DNA of 51,725 bases, counting the filler, from Jimgerdemannia flammicorona (taxonomy: Eukaryota): NCBI GenBank assembly GCA_003990765.1. It is 2 parts of 2 records of this genome, joined end to end, with 100 filler letters (N's around TTAATTAATTAA, not from the genome) between each part and the next. Parts side by side here need not be neighbours in the genome. Positions count along the whole stretch, not along the records: positions 25,914 to 51,725 come from RBNJ01000789.1; 1 more part is not named here. The stretch is one strand, 5' to 3'. Both the position numbers and the translations under genes were made by a program. Within the stretch, counting starts at the first letter, position 1. Each line of letters begins with the position of its first letter. The notes under the pieces are model-generated. The model worked only from the letters and a program-made list of their open reading frames with translations. It had not been told where the DNA came from and ran no database searches. Positions 50,216-51,725 of this stretch are shown one piece after another.

Positions 50216-50560
50216 GTTTTAAGTGTTACTAAAATTATGGCTTAATATAAATATTATTAAAAGTATAATTCTATAACTTTTATCTTTATATTAAATCAAG
50301 AATTTAAACTTAAGATCTATTAATCAAATATCTATTTTTATTTATATAACTATATCATAATAACTACTATTATAAGTTAAAATAAATAGTTATTATTGAG
50401 AAGAAAAAAAAAAAAACCCCCCCGTTTTTTTAGATTAAGTATTTCACTCAATAATGTAGATCCTGCGCCAGTTTATGAAAAATAAGTCACCTCTGATCAA
50501 ATTTCCTATTTCAAAATTTGAATTAAAAACATATAATTTATAGTTATCATGCAATCAAAG

Positions 50561-50631
50561 GCGTAGTTGGTTTAGTGGTATAATTCTCGTCTGCCACGCG
50601 GGAGACCTGGGTTCGATTCCCAGACTACGCA
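50561..50631 (+). tRNA. tRNA-Gly(GCC)
   Basis: Acceptor stem GCGTAGT/ACTACGC plus discriminator A; D loop TAGTGGTA; anticodon loop CTGCCAC; T arm CTGGGTTCGATTCCCAG; no intron. Confidence 0.96.
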
Positions 50632-51045
50632 TATATGTATTTCTTTCTTTGCCTTATGACAAATTCGTAGTTTCTCGCTTCCTCTTTAGGGTTTCACAGT
50701 GGATGAAAGGACAAGACTGACTTTTACATGAGAGGGAGGTTTTGTTCCTCGCATGAATGGGCTGCTCGCAGTAAATGGATGAATTGGACCATACACCGTC
50801 ACATGGCCTCATTCTCCGTGGGAATTCGACGCTCCGACAACCGTGCTTGAACGTTGACGTCTTTGAAAAAAGAAAACATGATATCATCTGCCTGATATAC
50901 CAGATGCATTTCATAAATCGGCGAGCCATTCATTACAATTAGCTTTCATTACATCGAGCACAGCCATGTTCTACGGATAGCGGGGAGTTACAGTGGCGGC
51001 TTCAACAGTGAGGTTAATTCGCGACACAACCATCCTTGCACAGGA

Positions 51046-51637
<592 letters not shown>

Positions 51638-51725
51638 GATAAAACCAAAAACCCAACCGATTGCTAACCGTCAGTTCAGACATTCGTTAAAATCTCACGT
51701 GATCTCAAATCAACACCCCCCCCCC

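Overview
Intron-rich fungal genomic DNA, probably an early-diverging Mucoromycota-type fungus; this is inferred from gene content and style, not proven. A 100-nt N spacer carrying an artificial TTAATTAATTAA linker (25814-25913) splits the window, so the two halves may not be contiguous. Host genes are condensin Cnd1/Ycs4 (partial), a small cupin, a KNL2/M18BP1-like protein (SANTA plus CENPC-k motif), mitochondrial IF-2, MAF1, PRP38B, an F-box protein, a class II aldolase-fold protein, a small Cys-rich membrane protein, a secreted and probably GPI-anchored BMP/PnrA-family protein, a multi-repeat stathmin-like protein, tRNA-Gly(GCC) and NKAP (partial). Two AT-rich repeat islands hold nested chromoviral Ty3/gypsy elements riddled with C-to-T changes at CpA and CpG (RIP-like). 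The most striking feature is a retrotransposon family with 2.07-kb LTRs, each carrying a ~365-codon gene of unknown function in U3. It occurs as one two-LTR, RT-less element, one solo LTR and one 5'-truncated LTR split by that element. There is also a hAT-type fold-back MITE and an unassigned, highly structured RNA candidate.
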